A stretch of 63,557 nt of DNA, the filler included, from Bigelowiella natans CCMP2755 (taxonomy: Eukaryota; Protista; Cercozoa), in the NCBI GenBank assembly GCA_000320545.1. It is 5 parts of 5 records of this genome, joined end to end, with 100 filler letters (N's around TTAATTAATTAA, not from the genome) between each part and the next. Parts side by side here need not be neighbours in the genome. Positions count along the whole stretch, not along the records: positions 40,177 to 52,427 come from ADNK01001069.1; positions 52,528 to 55,749 come from ADNK01003657.1; 3 more parts are not named here. One strand, 5' to 3'. Both the position numbers and the translations under genes were made by a program. The notes beneath the pieces were generated by a model. The model did no database searches. It saw only the letters and a program-made list of their open reading frames with translations, and was not told the origin of the DNA. The number at the start of each line of letters is the position of its first letter. Within the stretch, counting starts at the first letter, position 1. Of this stretch, positions 41,785-53,750 are shown one piece after another.

Positions 41785-42487
41785 TTGATCAAATCTATGA
41801 TCTCTATGATAGTGTTTGTGTGTGTGTGTGTGTGTGTGTCTATGATCTCTATGATAGTGTGCGTATGTGTGTGTTTTGGGATCAAATCTATGATCTCTAT
41901 GATAATTATGATAATGATGGTGGTGGTGGTGGTGTCCTCTTGCCTGGTCCTCAGCGTGCGACCGTGGGAGCAGGGCCTTGAGCATGTATTCTTCACAGAC
42001 ATCCGAGAGCCTCAGGTTACTATCGCTTGCCTGCGTCTGCATGATCGAGCACCGCTGCAGCATTTCGTTGGGGGTTTTATACCATGCATGAATCCATCCA
42101 TCCATCCATCCATCCATCCACCCTTGCGTGCATCTCTGATATTAGTTGTACTGGCCATGTATATCAATAAATACAGGCGGAGACGACTTGTAGTAAGATC
42201 TTCGATTGGAGTTACGAAAAGTAAGCTTCCATCTGAATAATTATCACCCACCACTACCACTATCACCACCACCTCCTCCTCCACTACTCGATCATCCCCA
42301 TCATCGTTATCATCATCATCATCATCTAGTTTGCAAAGCACACACACACACACACACTGAAAACAGAAGTCACACAATAAATGAACCCCCCCCCCCCCTC
42401 TTCGGATGACCATCCAGGCAAACAAAGTCGAAGGCTGCTCTCCAAGATGAGTTCCGGAAAGAGTTCAAGTACTGGACACATCATTAG
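40579..42487 (+). CDS. MAP kinase (CMGC), C-terminal half; N-terminus missing
   Basis: [26 protein letters not shown]|[11 protein letters not shown]|...[23 protein letters not shown]|[13 protein letters not shown] (needs removal of one G near 41965)|...FDWSYEK|...EFKYWTHH*. Confidence 0.88.
41780..41905 (+). repeat. Intronic compound repeat: three TCTATGATCTCTATGATA units separated by (GT)n
   Basis: Seen directly within a MAPK intron. Confidence 0.85.
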
Positions 42488-42589
42488 TGATATATATATA
42501 TAAAGACCATCATAGAGAATGCTGTATAAACGGCGACAGCTGCTGCGGAATCAGAATACGTAGTCACATTTTCGTGACTACGGGATAGG

Positions 42590-43440
42590 AGAGGAAATAC
42601 ATGCTGAGCAAACACATGTTACGTCAGCATATTGCATACAATTCGTCATCACCCTCAGGGCAGCGCAGCCAGAAATGGTAATCTTCGGTCACTGCATACC
42701 TACTTCATATACGCTGATAATGACGAGGCGTAAACGCAGCAGATAGATATGCTAGTATGGCGAGACCATGCATGCACATCATCATTGCGCGCATGTGAAA
42801 ACTCAGACCCGCCTTGCTAGCTTGGTCTAGTCTGTAGTGACCGCAGCAGCGTTGTCTGCATGACTAGAGGTGAGCTCTGGAGCTCTGCGCATGCGATGTT
42901 ACACGTGCTTGCTTTGCAGGACTACAGCTTGCTAACTTGTCACGTCGTACGATGGGCGATTGCGCATGCACGTAGCATGTTTAGGCGTCTACTAGTCTAG
43001 ACGGTAGTCATTAACCCTGCTCTTGCTACTGCTGACGTCACATTCTAGCATTTTGTAGACATACTCTGACGATCAAATTGCACACATGCAATGGCTTGAT
43101 GGACCTAGCAGCAACCAGCAGCTGCTAACGACTGCATAGCATGCTCGACACCTCTATGCTAGATCTAGCATGGCAGCAGATGGCACGACGAGTAGCCTTC
43201 TGGCCTTGCTACAACATTGCACAGCTGGAAGGCTCTACAGGGCTGGAAGGTCTGCGAACCGTTATCAGCGGACTACTGTGTCTTCTCTAGTACTCTTGCT
43301 AGCTTGTGATTGCAGCAACTAGAATAACTAGTTACTTTGCAGTGCATACGTGTATGCATGTAGTATCTTGCTGGCTTGGTCTCAACTCGTCAAGTTTAAG
43401 CAGCTTCAGCTCTCATGCATATGGACTACTGTGCGCTTAT
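42590..43440. other. CTAG/TGCA-rich island between convergent MAPK and hypothetical gene
   Basis: CTAGTCTAGACGG at 42992; perfect palindrome ATGCTAGATCTAGCAT at 43156-43171; very dense TGCA/CATG/AGCT/CTAG. Confidence 0.6.
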
Positions 43441-43737
43441 TCGCAATAATAAGATTATCACAATGTGAGATCTATAAAGCTGCTCGAATCGCTGTCGTCT
43501 CCACTTTCATCATTGTTTCGATGCCCCGACAGCTGTTTCTCCGTTATTTGTGCAATTGTTGCGTGCTTCTGCGACACGCCATTGTTATCTACGGCATAGC
43601 CGCCGTTGCTGTAGTCGACGTCGCCGTCGTCTACGATTTCAATTGTCTCTCTTCTGCGTTGCTGAATAGACGATACACAAGCAATTAGGACTTTTGGCCG
43701 GAGGAGGAGCTCTAGAGGTAAATAAACAAAACACTTC

Positions 43738-46700
43738 CTAGAAACAACCATCGATTGCGTTCACTACCACTCGGGATCCTGATGCACACGGCCTATTGAG
43801 CTCTGCGGACGAGGAGGGATGCTGCCGTGCGAGGGGACCAGGAGATGGAGAGGACAACTTCAATACCCCTGTTAAAGCAGGAGCCGAAGTACTGAAAGTA
43901 GTGGTAGTAGCAGCAGCAGCAGCAGCAATGGTCGTCGCATCCACCAAACCACAAACATGCTTGAGGAACTCGTTGGCGCCGATTATGTAGAATTCGGTGA
44001 TCCAATTATCGTAACTGAGCAGAGAGAATTTGCAGTCGGCGGGGACAAACGAAGGGAGGAGAGGAGGAGGGGGGGCGTGTCATCATCTGTGCACATACGT
44101 AATGTTGCGTATATACCGCTTCTATCATCACACCACTACAGCTGCTATCGCCGCTACTACCACGACTATATTATTACCAAACATTCTTCTTGTGCAGTAC
44201 CACGTTCAAGCCGTATTTGACACCCATCGACGTGATAAGGTTGCGTAGCTTGCAAAACTGTGGGTAGTTTGACCTCTCCTCTCGAGGCTTGCAGAGTGTC
44301 ACTGCCAACACGCAACCTACGCAGACAGACGAACACAATACACAGGCAGAGCGCAGGAAAGGCGTCCCGAAGCTGCTGCGTCACCACGGCCCCGGAATAC
44401 TATACGCAAGTGGAAAGGAGAAGGGGGGGGGAGAGCGGGGGGGATAAAGCACCTCTTTTGAATATTAGTCCCTGCTTGAAAAGATGCTGGATGTCGTACA
44501 TTGGCGATGTGTAATATCTCGATATTCCTAGAGATCGGCTCAGAGTGAGGTGGAGAGGAGGAGGAGGAGGAGGAGGAGGAGGAGGAGGAGGAAAGACGGG
44601 AGAGAACATACAGCTACTCTGTGGCAGTGCTATTATCATGGAAAAGAACATTATTACGGCAATTTAGATGATGATGGATTGTTTTTATGATGACGGCGAC
44701 GATGAAAATCGATCCTGCACATGCCGATATCAAAGCTGCACCTCCTTCCAGGCGAGTGCAGTAGTCAAGATAGACTATGCCGAACTCATTGATGTTGTAT
44801 TTGGCCTTGCATTCATTCAAAAACACCCCAACGCTGCAGTGGTAGGCTGTACAATATTCTGCGTCCACAAGGCAAATCAAGCCCATGAACAAGTAGATGA
44901 AGAATGCCACGACATGACCATGAAAAATGGTGATGATGATAACGATGATAATAAGCTCATGATGATGATAAAGATGACGGTGATGATGATGATGATGATA
45001 GTGATAATGATGATAATGATGATGACAACGATGATGATAAGATGATGATGCTGGTGCTAATGATGATGAAGATCAAGAAGAAACAAGAAAGAGAGAAGAA
45101 GTAACAGGAAAGGTAAAGGAGACATAGAAGAAGAAAAATAGATGTCGTCGTCGTCGTCGCCCTCCCCCCAACAGTACTACCTGACTTACGCAACGCTTCG
45201 AACGCATCATCACACATGTTGGGAACATGAATGTCCTTCCAGTCACGTCCGGTGCGACACAGTCTCTTGGAGCTCAGGCAAGTCGCTGCGTCCAAAACCT
45301 TGAGAGAAATTATTTTCTTTTTCACCAACAAATCAATTGTCACGTTAAATCAGCAGCCTTAATATATTACTAGCGTTCCATCAAGGGAAGCAGATAGTTT
45401 CATTATTAGTTATATATATATGTAGAATGAGTAGGCAGCACGTTCATGCGATGATGCTACCAGGCATGTCTTGCAGGCAACTTTGCTGGAAAGTGTGGCC
45501 AACTGCTCGTTGGACTTCGCCTTGTAGGGGCACTTCAGTTTCGCATGAACGGGATATCTGCCGAGAAGGACAAGGAGCAGGACGAACAAAGAGGAGGAGA
45601 AGCATACCGAATTTGACGTTGTAGTAACAACAAGCAATTTTTGTGGTATCATTTTGTCGTGAGGAATAGTTGCAATAGAGTGGTAATAGAATTATCAATT
45701 CAACAATGCCATCATTCTTTAATAAGACCAACAATACATGAAGTAGATAATCAACGCTTCTCGCGCGAAGAATGGGTTCCTTTTACCAAGCCCTTTCTTT
45801 AAAGTTTCAAATGGGGGGAAGGGGGAGGGGACAGTGAAATTCTATATTACGAGTCGAGCAGCCTCTTAGGAGCAAGGAGATCGTCACCTTCTGCTGCACT
45901 CTTCTCTTGTTTTCGGAGCCTAGTGTTGCGGCTACCGTTGTTCTTAAAAGTCTTACCCAAAGCTGTTTTTTTAGGAGTAAGGAGATCGTCACCCTCTGCT
46001 GCACTCTTCTCTTGTTTTCGGAGCCTAGTGTTGCGGCTCCCGTTGTTCTTAGAAGTCATACCCAAAGCTGTTTTTTTAGGTGCAAGGAGATCGTCACCCT
46101 CTGCTGCACTCTTCTCTTGTTTTCGGAGCCTAGTGTTGCGGCTCCTGTTGTTCTTAGAAGTTTTACCCAAAGCTGTTTTTTTACCTCGTCGCCGCTTGGG
46201 CCGCTTGGGCTGTGATCCTTCCTTCGAGCTATGCTTGTCCAGTTTGCTTGCAGGAGCAAGGAGATCGTCACCCTCTGCTGCACTCTTTTCTTGTTTTCGG
46301 AGCCTAGTGTTGCGGCTCCCGTTGTTCTTAGAAGTCTTACCCAAAGCCTTTTTTTTACCTCGTCGCCGCTTGGGCCGCTTGGGCTGTGGTCCTTCCTTCG
46401 AGCTCTGCTTGTCCAGTTTGCTTGCGTTTGGCTGTGATCTGTTCAAGCTCGCCATTTCTCTTGACCTTGGGATTCGTGCCACTTTCATCCTTTTGCTCAT
46501 CGTCCCCCCTCCCGCAGCTGTTGCCACCGATTTGGATGTAGGCCTCTTCTTCCTTCTTTTCCTACCCGACCTCATTTGCTTGTTTACATCAGCGGGCACA
46601 GCACGAAGGGGGGTATTAGTTTGCGGAGCAGAGGAAAATCTTGCTTCTATTTCTCCTATGCTCTTTGATTGAAACACCCGGTTCGAATGTTTGGAAGTAA

Positions 46701-47097
46701 AATTGAAGGTGACAGTATCGTCTAACAATGAGAAGGAAGGCGATGGGGAATCATGCCTCGGCTGTAGTGATGGCGGCCGGTGCAAATTCTTCTCAAATCC
46801 CTTCCACAGTCCTTTCCCCTTGCCATTGCGCCCTCCCTCCATCGTTTGTATTTCTCCTTCTTCTAATTCCAAAATTCCACCCCCCTCATGTATTTCTTCT
46901 CCCCCGAATGATGATGCCTCCTTCTTTTGTAATTCTGTCTCGCTCAGTCCAATCCCTCCTCCTCCTCCTCCTCCTCCTTCTCCTTCTTCTTCTTCCTTAT
47001 CCCTAGTAGGAGAAGGCTGCGGTGATATAGAACACGGTGAGTAAGAGTTGGTGGGACTGGGAGTGAAGACGATGGTAGTCATCATCATCACCAACAC
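43738..47097 (-). CDS. Hypothetical protein: long basic low-complexity repeat exon followed by a possible SAM-methyltransferase-like domain; start uncertain
   Basis: 416-codon ORF at 45847-47097 with K/R-rich repeats, then spliced exons VLDAATCLSSKRL, FGIVYLDYCTRL, SPMYDIQHLF, GCVLAVTLCKPR. Confidence 0.6.
45866..46424 (-). repeat. Nested coding tandem repeat (2 x 174 bp then 2 x 105 bp)
   Basis: The 35-aa unit KKTALGKTSKNNGSRNTRLRKQEKSAAEGDDLLAP occurs four times; the first two are preceded by ASKLDKxSSKEGxQPKRPKRRRG. Confidence 0.95.
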
Positions 47098-47619
47098 TAA
47101 CTACTCTTATGGCTCCTCGTCGTTGTCCCTTTCGGCCCAACTACAAAGAGTTCGCTTTTTGGGATAGATTCCTTGTCGCGTGGTAAAAACGGAATGCCTT
47201 TATTGCTTCATCCCGCCGTCACGATGTACTCGAAGACGATGTACTCAACGAACTGGAAACAGGTTTGATTTTTGTTCTACGACAACAATTTCATCGTATT
47301 TCAACCTGCAAGGACTTCGAATCCCAAACCATGTTACTACCTCTGGTACCAGAAAATACCAACTACTACCAAGCCGTAGTCGTTTTCGCGTTCCGACAAT
47401 CGTAATTGGGAGGGTGTTGAGACTTAGAATTGCAGCAAAGCTGATACAATTCGGATGAAATCGTGGGAAATGGTCTGTAATTATTTTATGTTTGAAACCG
47501 TTTTTGCAAATTTAGGTTGGAATAGGGTCGAATATTTGTATGGATATTTTCTACCTAGAGCTGATCATCTTGAGTTGCAAAATAACCTCAATCCACTCAA
47601 CTCGAACTGCGTGCACGGA

Positions 47620-49168
47620 ATGTCTCCCTTGCTCCTCCTCCTCTGCGCCCTTCTGAAGCCCACCCTCGCCTCATGGGAGGGAGAGACGCCAGATCAAGCG
47701 GCAGCTGGACCCACCAAGTTTTTTATTCTGGCAACCCCACGTTCGGGATCTACTTGGCTTAGTAATATCTAAACAACAGAAAGAGAATAGCTTTGGGGAG
47801 GGGATACTGGATCAGATGATTCGGGAGTAATTTGATGAATCTTACCACTGACTAATCCAAATGAAGGCCTTCATCTGCGAAATCATGGTGAGACCGCTTT
47901 TCATGGAAACGAGTGCTGGAGGTAAGATTTCTTCTCCATCGCATGCACTAGCAGCTGATTGAAGCCCTAGGAATTCTGAAGAGAGATTTCTACTCCGATG
48001 TAACGAAGGGTGCTTTTGTCCAGATCTCAGGATTTTGTCCAGTTCTGCGCCTCAGAGTGGAACAAGGATGCAAAAGTTGATCCGTCGATGACCTTGTCCC
48101 ATAAGCTTGATGCTCTTTTCGTGCCAAATACCACAGTAATATCTGCTTCGTAACCATCTGCAATAGTTTTTTGCTTATCTGAAACTGAATTATCAGTCAA
48201 CGGAGGGTCTCGGGAAGGACTTCGTTGGATTTAAGTGGATGGCCAACCAAAACTTTAAGAACGAGCTGGAGCTTCAAGAAATTATGCAATACATAAACGA
48301 CAACAATGTCAAAGTCATCGCACTCGGTGACAAGCTTATAGATTTTATGATCTTCCAACTTGGAGATAATGAGTAATACGCCTGTTCAGACCGATCCAAC
48401 TATCTTCGCAAGTGCTTTTCGTTCTTCGACATGGAACAGCGTACTCGTGCTGGAATTAATGCGCACCATTATGCAGGATCCGTCAAGACAGCGGTGAATC
48501 GTTGCAGAGCGTTGATGTGTGTCAGCCTTTATTTGAGATGGCTATCTGTTCGTCTTTCTGTGCGTAGACTTGGGACAACAAGACGCATGAAATCCCAGCT
48601 GATTATCTTGGCCACTGCCTTCAGTGGTAGGAACTCGATGCTACTAAATATGCATAATGCAAATAAGTATTTACATCCATTATTCCTCCCATCATGATCC
48701 GAAGGTATGAGAAGCTGGGAAAGATCATGACTCGCGTGCTGAATTCCATGAAAAACCCAAAGAACGCAATCCTCGTCAAGTATGAGGTCAGGAGGCAATC
48801 CTCTTAGACAGCCCTTTTTTTAAAAAAATGCTTGATGGACTATTGAATGCTCTTTTGTTACTTATATCTCCGAGTAGGATATGTGCGGAGATACGACGGG
48901 GCAGCTTGCAAAGATCCAATCTTTCCTTGGATTGAAGGAGACAATCAACCCTGACACCAACATCCTGAAGTTGCATTCAGGTTTCTACCGAATATGAGGA
49001 TCTCTTGCATTGTGCTAGTGCTCCCCTTCATCCTCTAATATTGATTCTTGCGATATGTCCTCAGCACCGGTCAGTGAATTGGTAAACAATTACGATCAGC
49101 TTCGACCACGTCTTTTAGCCGGTAGGTACGGAAATGTACTCGCGCGATGGGAGGATCATGAATGCTAG
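47620..49168 (+). CDS. Secretory-pathway sulfotransferase (Stf0/NodH-like), multi-exon
   Basis: Signal peptide MSPLLLLLCALLKPTLA; PAPS loop FFILATPRSGSTWL; VGFKWM; KVIAL|DRSNYLR; LVKYE|DM; IQSFLGL; VNNYDQL...HEC*. Confidence 0.87.
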
Positions 49169-49299
49169 GCTAATGTCTGATTCGTCAACATTCGCATCGT
49201 GGCCATGCTCACGATGTAATAGATAGTTTGTGAGCCATGCAAAAGTCAATTTATATCTAGCAGTTACAATTCAAAACAGGGACTCTCACTGCCTGAGTA

Positions 49300-49650
49300 G
49301 AAATCTTAAGTTGTGCTCGTGTGGCCCTCATTAAAGCGTTGCGAGGCTTGGGGGCTATCAATGTAGCGCTGTACCCCTAGTGTACGCACATTGCAGACGG
49401 GGCGGCCCATGCAGATTCAAACACATGCATAGCTATTATTGCTGCGATGCTGCTTATGTCTTGCATGTTGCGCTAGCATGTAACACCCTAGCATTGTCAT
49501 ATCTAGCTAGCCAATTATCCCTTACAGCTTGTGCAACATTCTGGATGTTCTAGCATTGATCATGATGCTCTAGCAGCTAGAGCTAGCTAGGTAGCCACGA
49601 TCTAGACGATAACTTCGATGTGGGGGCATACTAACTCGCGCAGCATGCAT
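49300..49650. other. CTAG/TGCA-rich island between convergent sulfotransferase and PIP5K-like genes
   Basis: CTAGCTAG at 49503, and five CTAG within 49570-49605 including CTAGACG. Confidence 0.6.
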
Positions 49651-49672
49651 CTTTCCCCTTTGTTACTTCTCA

Positions 49673-50267
49673 TTATTCTATGTGTTCCCTCATGAACCGA
49701 ATCAGTCGCCTAAAAGGTGGATAAACCAAAGGTTAGAAACAAACAACACACAGACACATGACCACACTAACACATACTCACTGATACTCACACTCACACA
49801 TCTTCTGCATCTTGGAGGACGGCGAGGGATATCAATATGCTATTTATGTATGTTGTTAAAATGCATAGCTAAATGTCTTCACAATTTCCACATATAAATA
49901 ACTGCCAAGAATGGGTTCAATGCCGAATTTCTGTTTTGGTCATTTTGCTCGTCGTTGGTATGAAGTCTAGATGTCTAGATGTGCATGCGTGCGTGTGGGT
50001 TCTTACTGTTGGTAGAACTCATGGTCCACGACGGAGAGGTTGTCCTGCCTTCTAAAGACGCCAGAGAACTTGTGCTGCATCCGGCGACCGGTGCTATACG
50101 TTTGGAAGAGGCCTGTGATCCCGATGAAGTATATCTCCTCTCCTTGCTTATCGTCGCGTTGTGACCGGATCTGCGCCAATTCTAAGTGCTTGAAGATCTC
50201 ATCCTCCTCAATCGCCTGAAAGAGAGCAAAGAGGGGTGAGAGAGAGCAGCGGGAGAAAGAAAGAGCG

Positions 50268-50306
<39 letters not shown>

Positions 50307-50533
50307 AGAGAGAGAGGGGGGGGGTGGGTTGGGGGGTTGGAATATGGAGATGGTTGCTCCACGCATAGATGATGGATGATGATGATGATGATGATGGTGG
50401 TGGTGGGTGATGATGCTTCACAACACGAACTACAGACAGATAGATAGATGACCATGGCCAATTCCGTTCGGCGATCCTCATCTTTTTGCACGCTTACGGC
50501 ATGTTTAGCCTAGTGAATCAGCATCATACACAT

Positions 50534-50564
<31 letters not shown>

Positions 50565-51072
50565 AACACATCGGGAGTACACATCGTGAGATCCTACTGA
50601 ACCTCCCCTGCCCCCTGATATCACCACCACCACCGATATCACACCCCATCACCATCACCATAATCATCATCATCATCTTCTTCTTCTTCTTCTTCTTCAT
50701 TATGTTGTTGGTCATTTCCCTTTCTAGGAGCATTGATTCTCTAGCTTTAGTACCATTACTACTACTATTACTACTACTATTACTACTCTGTACTACTACC
50801 CTTGTCTACAACAACAACAACTACTACTACTACTACTACTACTACACTAGCAGTAACGCGCAACAACTTGCCAGCTACTGTACCTCATGAATTCCGACGA
50901 GGACATGGTAGGAGATCAGCTTCTGCAACGACAGCCATTTCGTGTCTCGCTCGAGCTGAAGAAGTCAGAATGAGGAGGGGGGGGGGGGGGGAAGGAGACC
51001 GGGATAAAGATGACGATAATGATGACGAAAGACTGAAGATGATGCTGGTGATGTTGACGATAAAGACAATGA

Positions 51073-51109
<37 letters not shown>

Positions 51110-51692
51110 TGCTTAATGAACTTGCTCCGCAGCCCCCCAAGATAAAGAACGCGGTCCTTGAAATCATCGTCTTTTAGCATGCCTTGGTAAAGCTCCTACC
51201 GATCGTCGATAGACGGCGGCAAGCAGATGGAGAGCAACAAGAAGAACATGAAGAAGAAGAGGAAGAAGAAAGCAAAAGGCGGAAAGAGGGAGGTGTATGG
51301 CAAGATTAGTATTTATGAAATACTTTAAAGAATGACCACATTGACGATGATAAGCACAGATGGTTGCCTAAATGTGGTATTATGTTTTATTCGAGCGCTG
51401 TTCTCCTTCCTCCCTCCTCCCTACTCTTCCTCCTACTCCTCCTCCTCCTCCTCATCATCATCATCATGCAATCCAAATTGCCTTTTCCTTCTTCGAGGCT
51501 TTACGACCAGATCTCACGCCCTTGAGCTGGAGGGGAGGGGGAGGGGGCAGAAGCAAGAAGAAGGGTGTGCTTAAATGAAACAGCAGCTAACACTCACGAG
51601 GGCTGATTAGTCATGGATCTTGTGCATAGAGCACCAACAAGGTAAAGGCTATAACGCGCACTGCTCATCAAACATACCCACACGCACTCACA

Positions 51693-51726
<34 letters not shown>

Positions 51727-52347
51727 CAACCCCCCACCTTGTAGCGATCATGGAGGGCGTGGGTTGTGAAAAACAGGTTCTTACACACGGTGAGGTAGAT
51801 GCTCTTGCCCCTTCGATGGTTCAATTGTACAGAAACGATTGAGTGGTAGAAGAATGAATACATAATGGGGGTGGGGCAGCAGCGATAGGCTTCTTACAGT
51901 TCTCGTGATGCAGAGAAAGAGAGAGGGGGGGGGGGGGGGGAGAGAAAATGACTGCTATTTCTCAAAGGAGTTCATAAATCTGTTGTCGTCATTAGTGATA
52001 AGAGGCCTCCGGAGCATCACCCTTCCTAGCTTGCAATGCAATGTAATACAATGCAATGCAAGCTGGGATTAGATGATGCTCTCGAAGTCTTTTCATCTTA
52101 CTTCTATGATTATTATATATGCACTAGAAGAGGAGCTTTCACAGGATATTTCATTTATGTCACACACACACACACACACACACACTTACATACAAGTGAA
52201 CAAGAAAACCATTATGGTCATCATCATCATCATCTTCTTTTTCATCTTCTTCTCCTCCATAGCTGCTGCTGCTGCTGCTGTCCTAGCTATATGTATTGTA
52301 CTTATAATCCATTCTGTAGACCCCAAGAATGGGCTCGAGCAGCGTGC
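49673..52347 (-). CDS. PIP5K-family (phosphatidylinositol phosphate kinase) domain with degenerate catalytic motifs; 5' part lost at the gap
   Basis: TLLEPILGVYRMDYK|GKSIYLTVCKNLFFTTHALHDRYK|LKGVRSGRKA|...LKDDDF...KQ|LERDTKWLSLQKLISYHVLVGIHE|...EIYFIGITGLFQTY...LSVVDHEFYQ|QRLIRFMREHIE*, collinear with the PIPKc motifs. Confidence 0.82.
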
Positions 52348-52356
52348 TGAAAATAA

Positions 52357-52403
<47 letters not shown>

Positions 52404-52427
52404 ACACACATTAGTGGTACACATTCA

Positions 52428-52527
52428 NNNNNNNNNNNNNNNNNNNNNNNNNNNNNNNNNNNNNNNNNNNNTTAATTAATTAANNNNNNNNNNNNNNNNN
52501 NNNNNNNNNNNNNNNNNNNNNNNNNNN
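52428..52527. other. Artificial assembly linker
   Basis: 100-bp N/TTAATTAATTAA/N. Confidence 0.97.
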
Positions 52528-52727
52528 TCGTGAAGTGGGTTAGTGGATGATGATGGGTGGCAGGCAATGATGATGATGATGATGATGATGATAGTCCACG
52601 GAAAGCTGCTCTGTTGACTATTGTAATGGATATGCGTGATGGAGCGTGACGCTCTCGAGCTTATCTCCTATCTCCCGTTCTCCGTCTGCCTCATTCTACC
52701 CCCCCCCCCTCCCCCCCCTTCTCAAAG

Positions 52728-53713
52728 ACCGGATATCAACACGAACTCATACGCCCAATGGTTTTACTTCTCCGTAGCCAACACGCGGACAAGGGTATTA
52801 TCACTTCTTGACAAATGAAAAGAAGAATCAATAAAAGCAACCGTTTTCCTGAAACAACACACCACCACCTTCTCCTAGAAAAAGGGAGATGGGGGGAGGG
52901 CCGTGTGGGCATTAGTAACACGCGTATTGTGCGTTTCCATTGTGTTCTTTGTTGGCTTCATCTTCGCTCACCTTTATTTATCTCTGCGTACCCAACCTAC
53001 TGCTGCTCTCTACCTGCCACTTGCAGCGGTACAAGTTCAACATCATTAACATGCTAAAGTCCGACAGTCTCTTCAATAAAGGTTGTGCCTTCGCCCTGTG
53101 AATCTGATGAGATGGTGATGCCGTTTTGTTGTTGTTGTTATTGTTGTTGGTGGTGGTGATGATGATGATGAGAAGTAACAAACGATAACACAGCTCGCTT
53201 ATTACACCAATGCTGCTTACTCACTTACTCGCCAAGGGAATAGTCAATCATCACAGCCTCGACGCTGATTTGTCCGTACCTGTAGTTTTCTTCTACTGGC
53301 TCGTGTCTTAATTCCTCTGAGTAAATTGCGTTTTTTGCCGATCAACCGTCCTCCCCTCCCCTCCTGTCCTACTTCCAGGGATGATGCCGTTGGTTTACTC
53401 AACGAAGGAGGTAGTTATGATGATGATGATGATGCAGGTTGTACATCGTGTTGCATCCAGCAAATTGCAATTGGGACGATAATATTAACATATATCTGCG
53501 AGTGTTTATGCCTACTCAAATCATGTTTAATTGGCCACATTTTCAGGCGGAAGACAAGGGAGTTGGATGGAAGCGAGAGGGTGATAAATAGATAGATGCT
53601 TGAACTTCTAGAGACTCGCACTTATAGAAACACGCCTTATTGGAAGAGGAATATCATCATCATCATCATTTTAAAGCACTATTGTACTATTTCTCTTTTA
53701 AATTGGTACTATG

Positions 53714-53750
<37 letters not shown>

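Noticed and set aside
41955-42015. Frameshift in a MAPK exon (possible pseudogene or programmed frameshift)
   Set aside because: Removing one G from a GGG run restores [13 protein letters not shown]. This is consistent with the homopolymer errors seen elsewhere in this contig.
51598-51660. Segment reading ARYSLYLVG that resembled the PIPK MDYSLLLG motif
   Set aside because: It is out of order: it lies in the intron between HDRYK and LKG, and the true equivalent (ISYHVLVGIH) is at about 50885-50955.
51800-52150. Possible U12 AT-AC intron (ATATCCTG ... TAC)
   Set aside because: A canonical GT-AG junction (DYK|GKSIY, phase 2) explains the protein fully.
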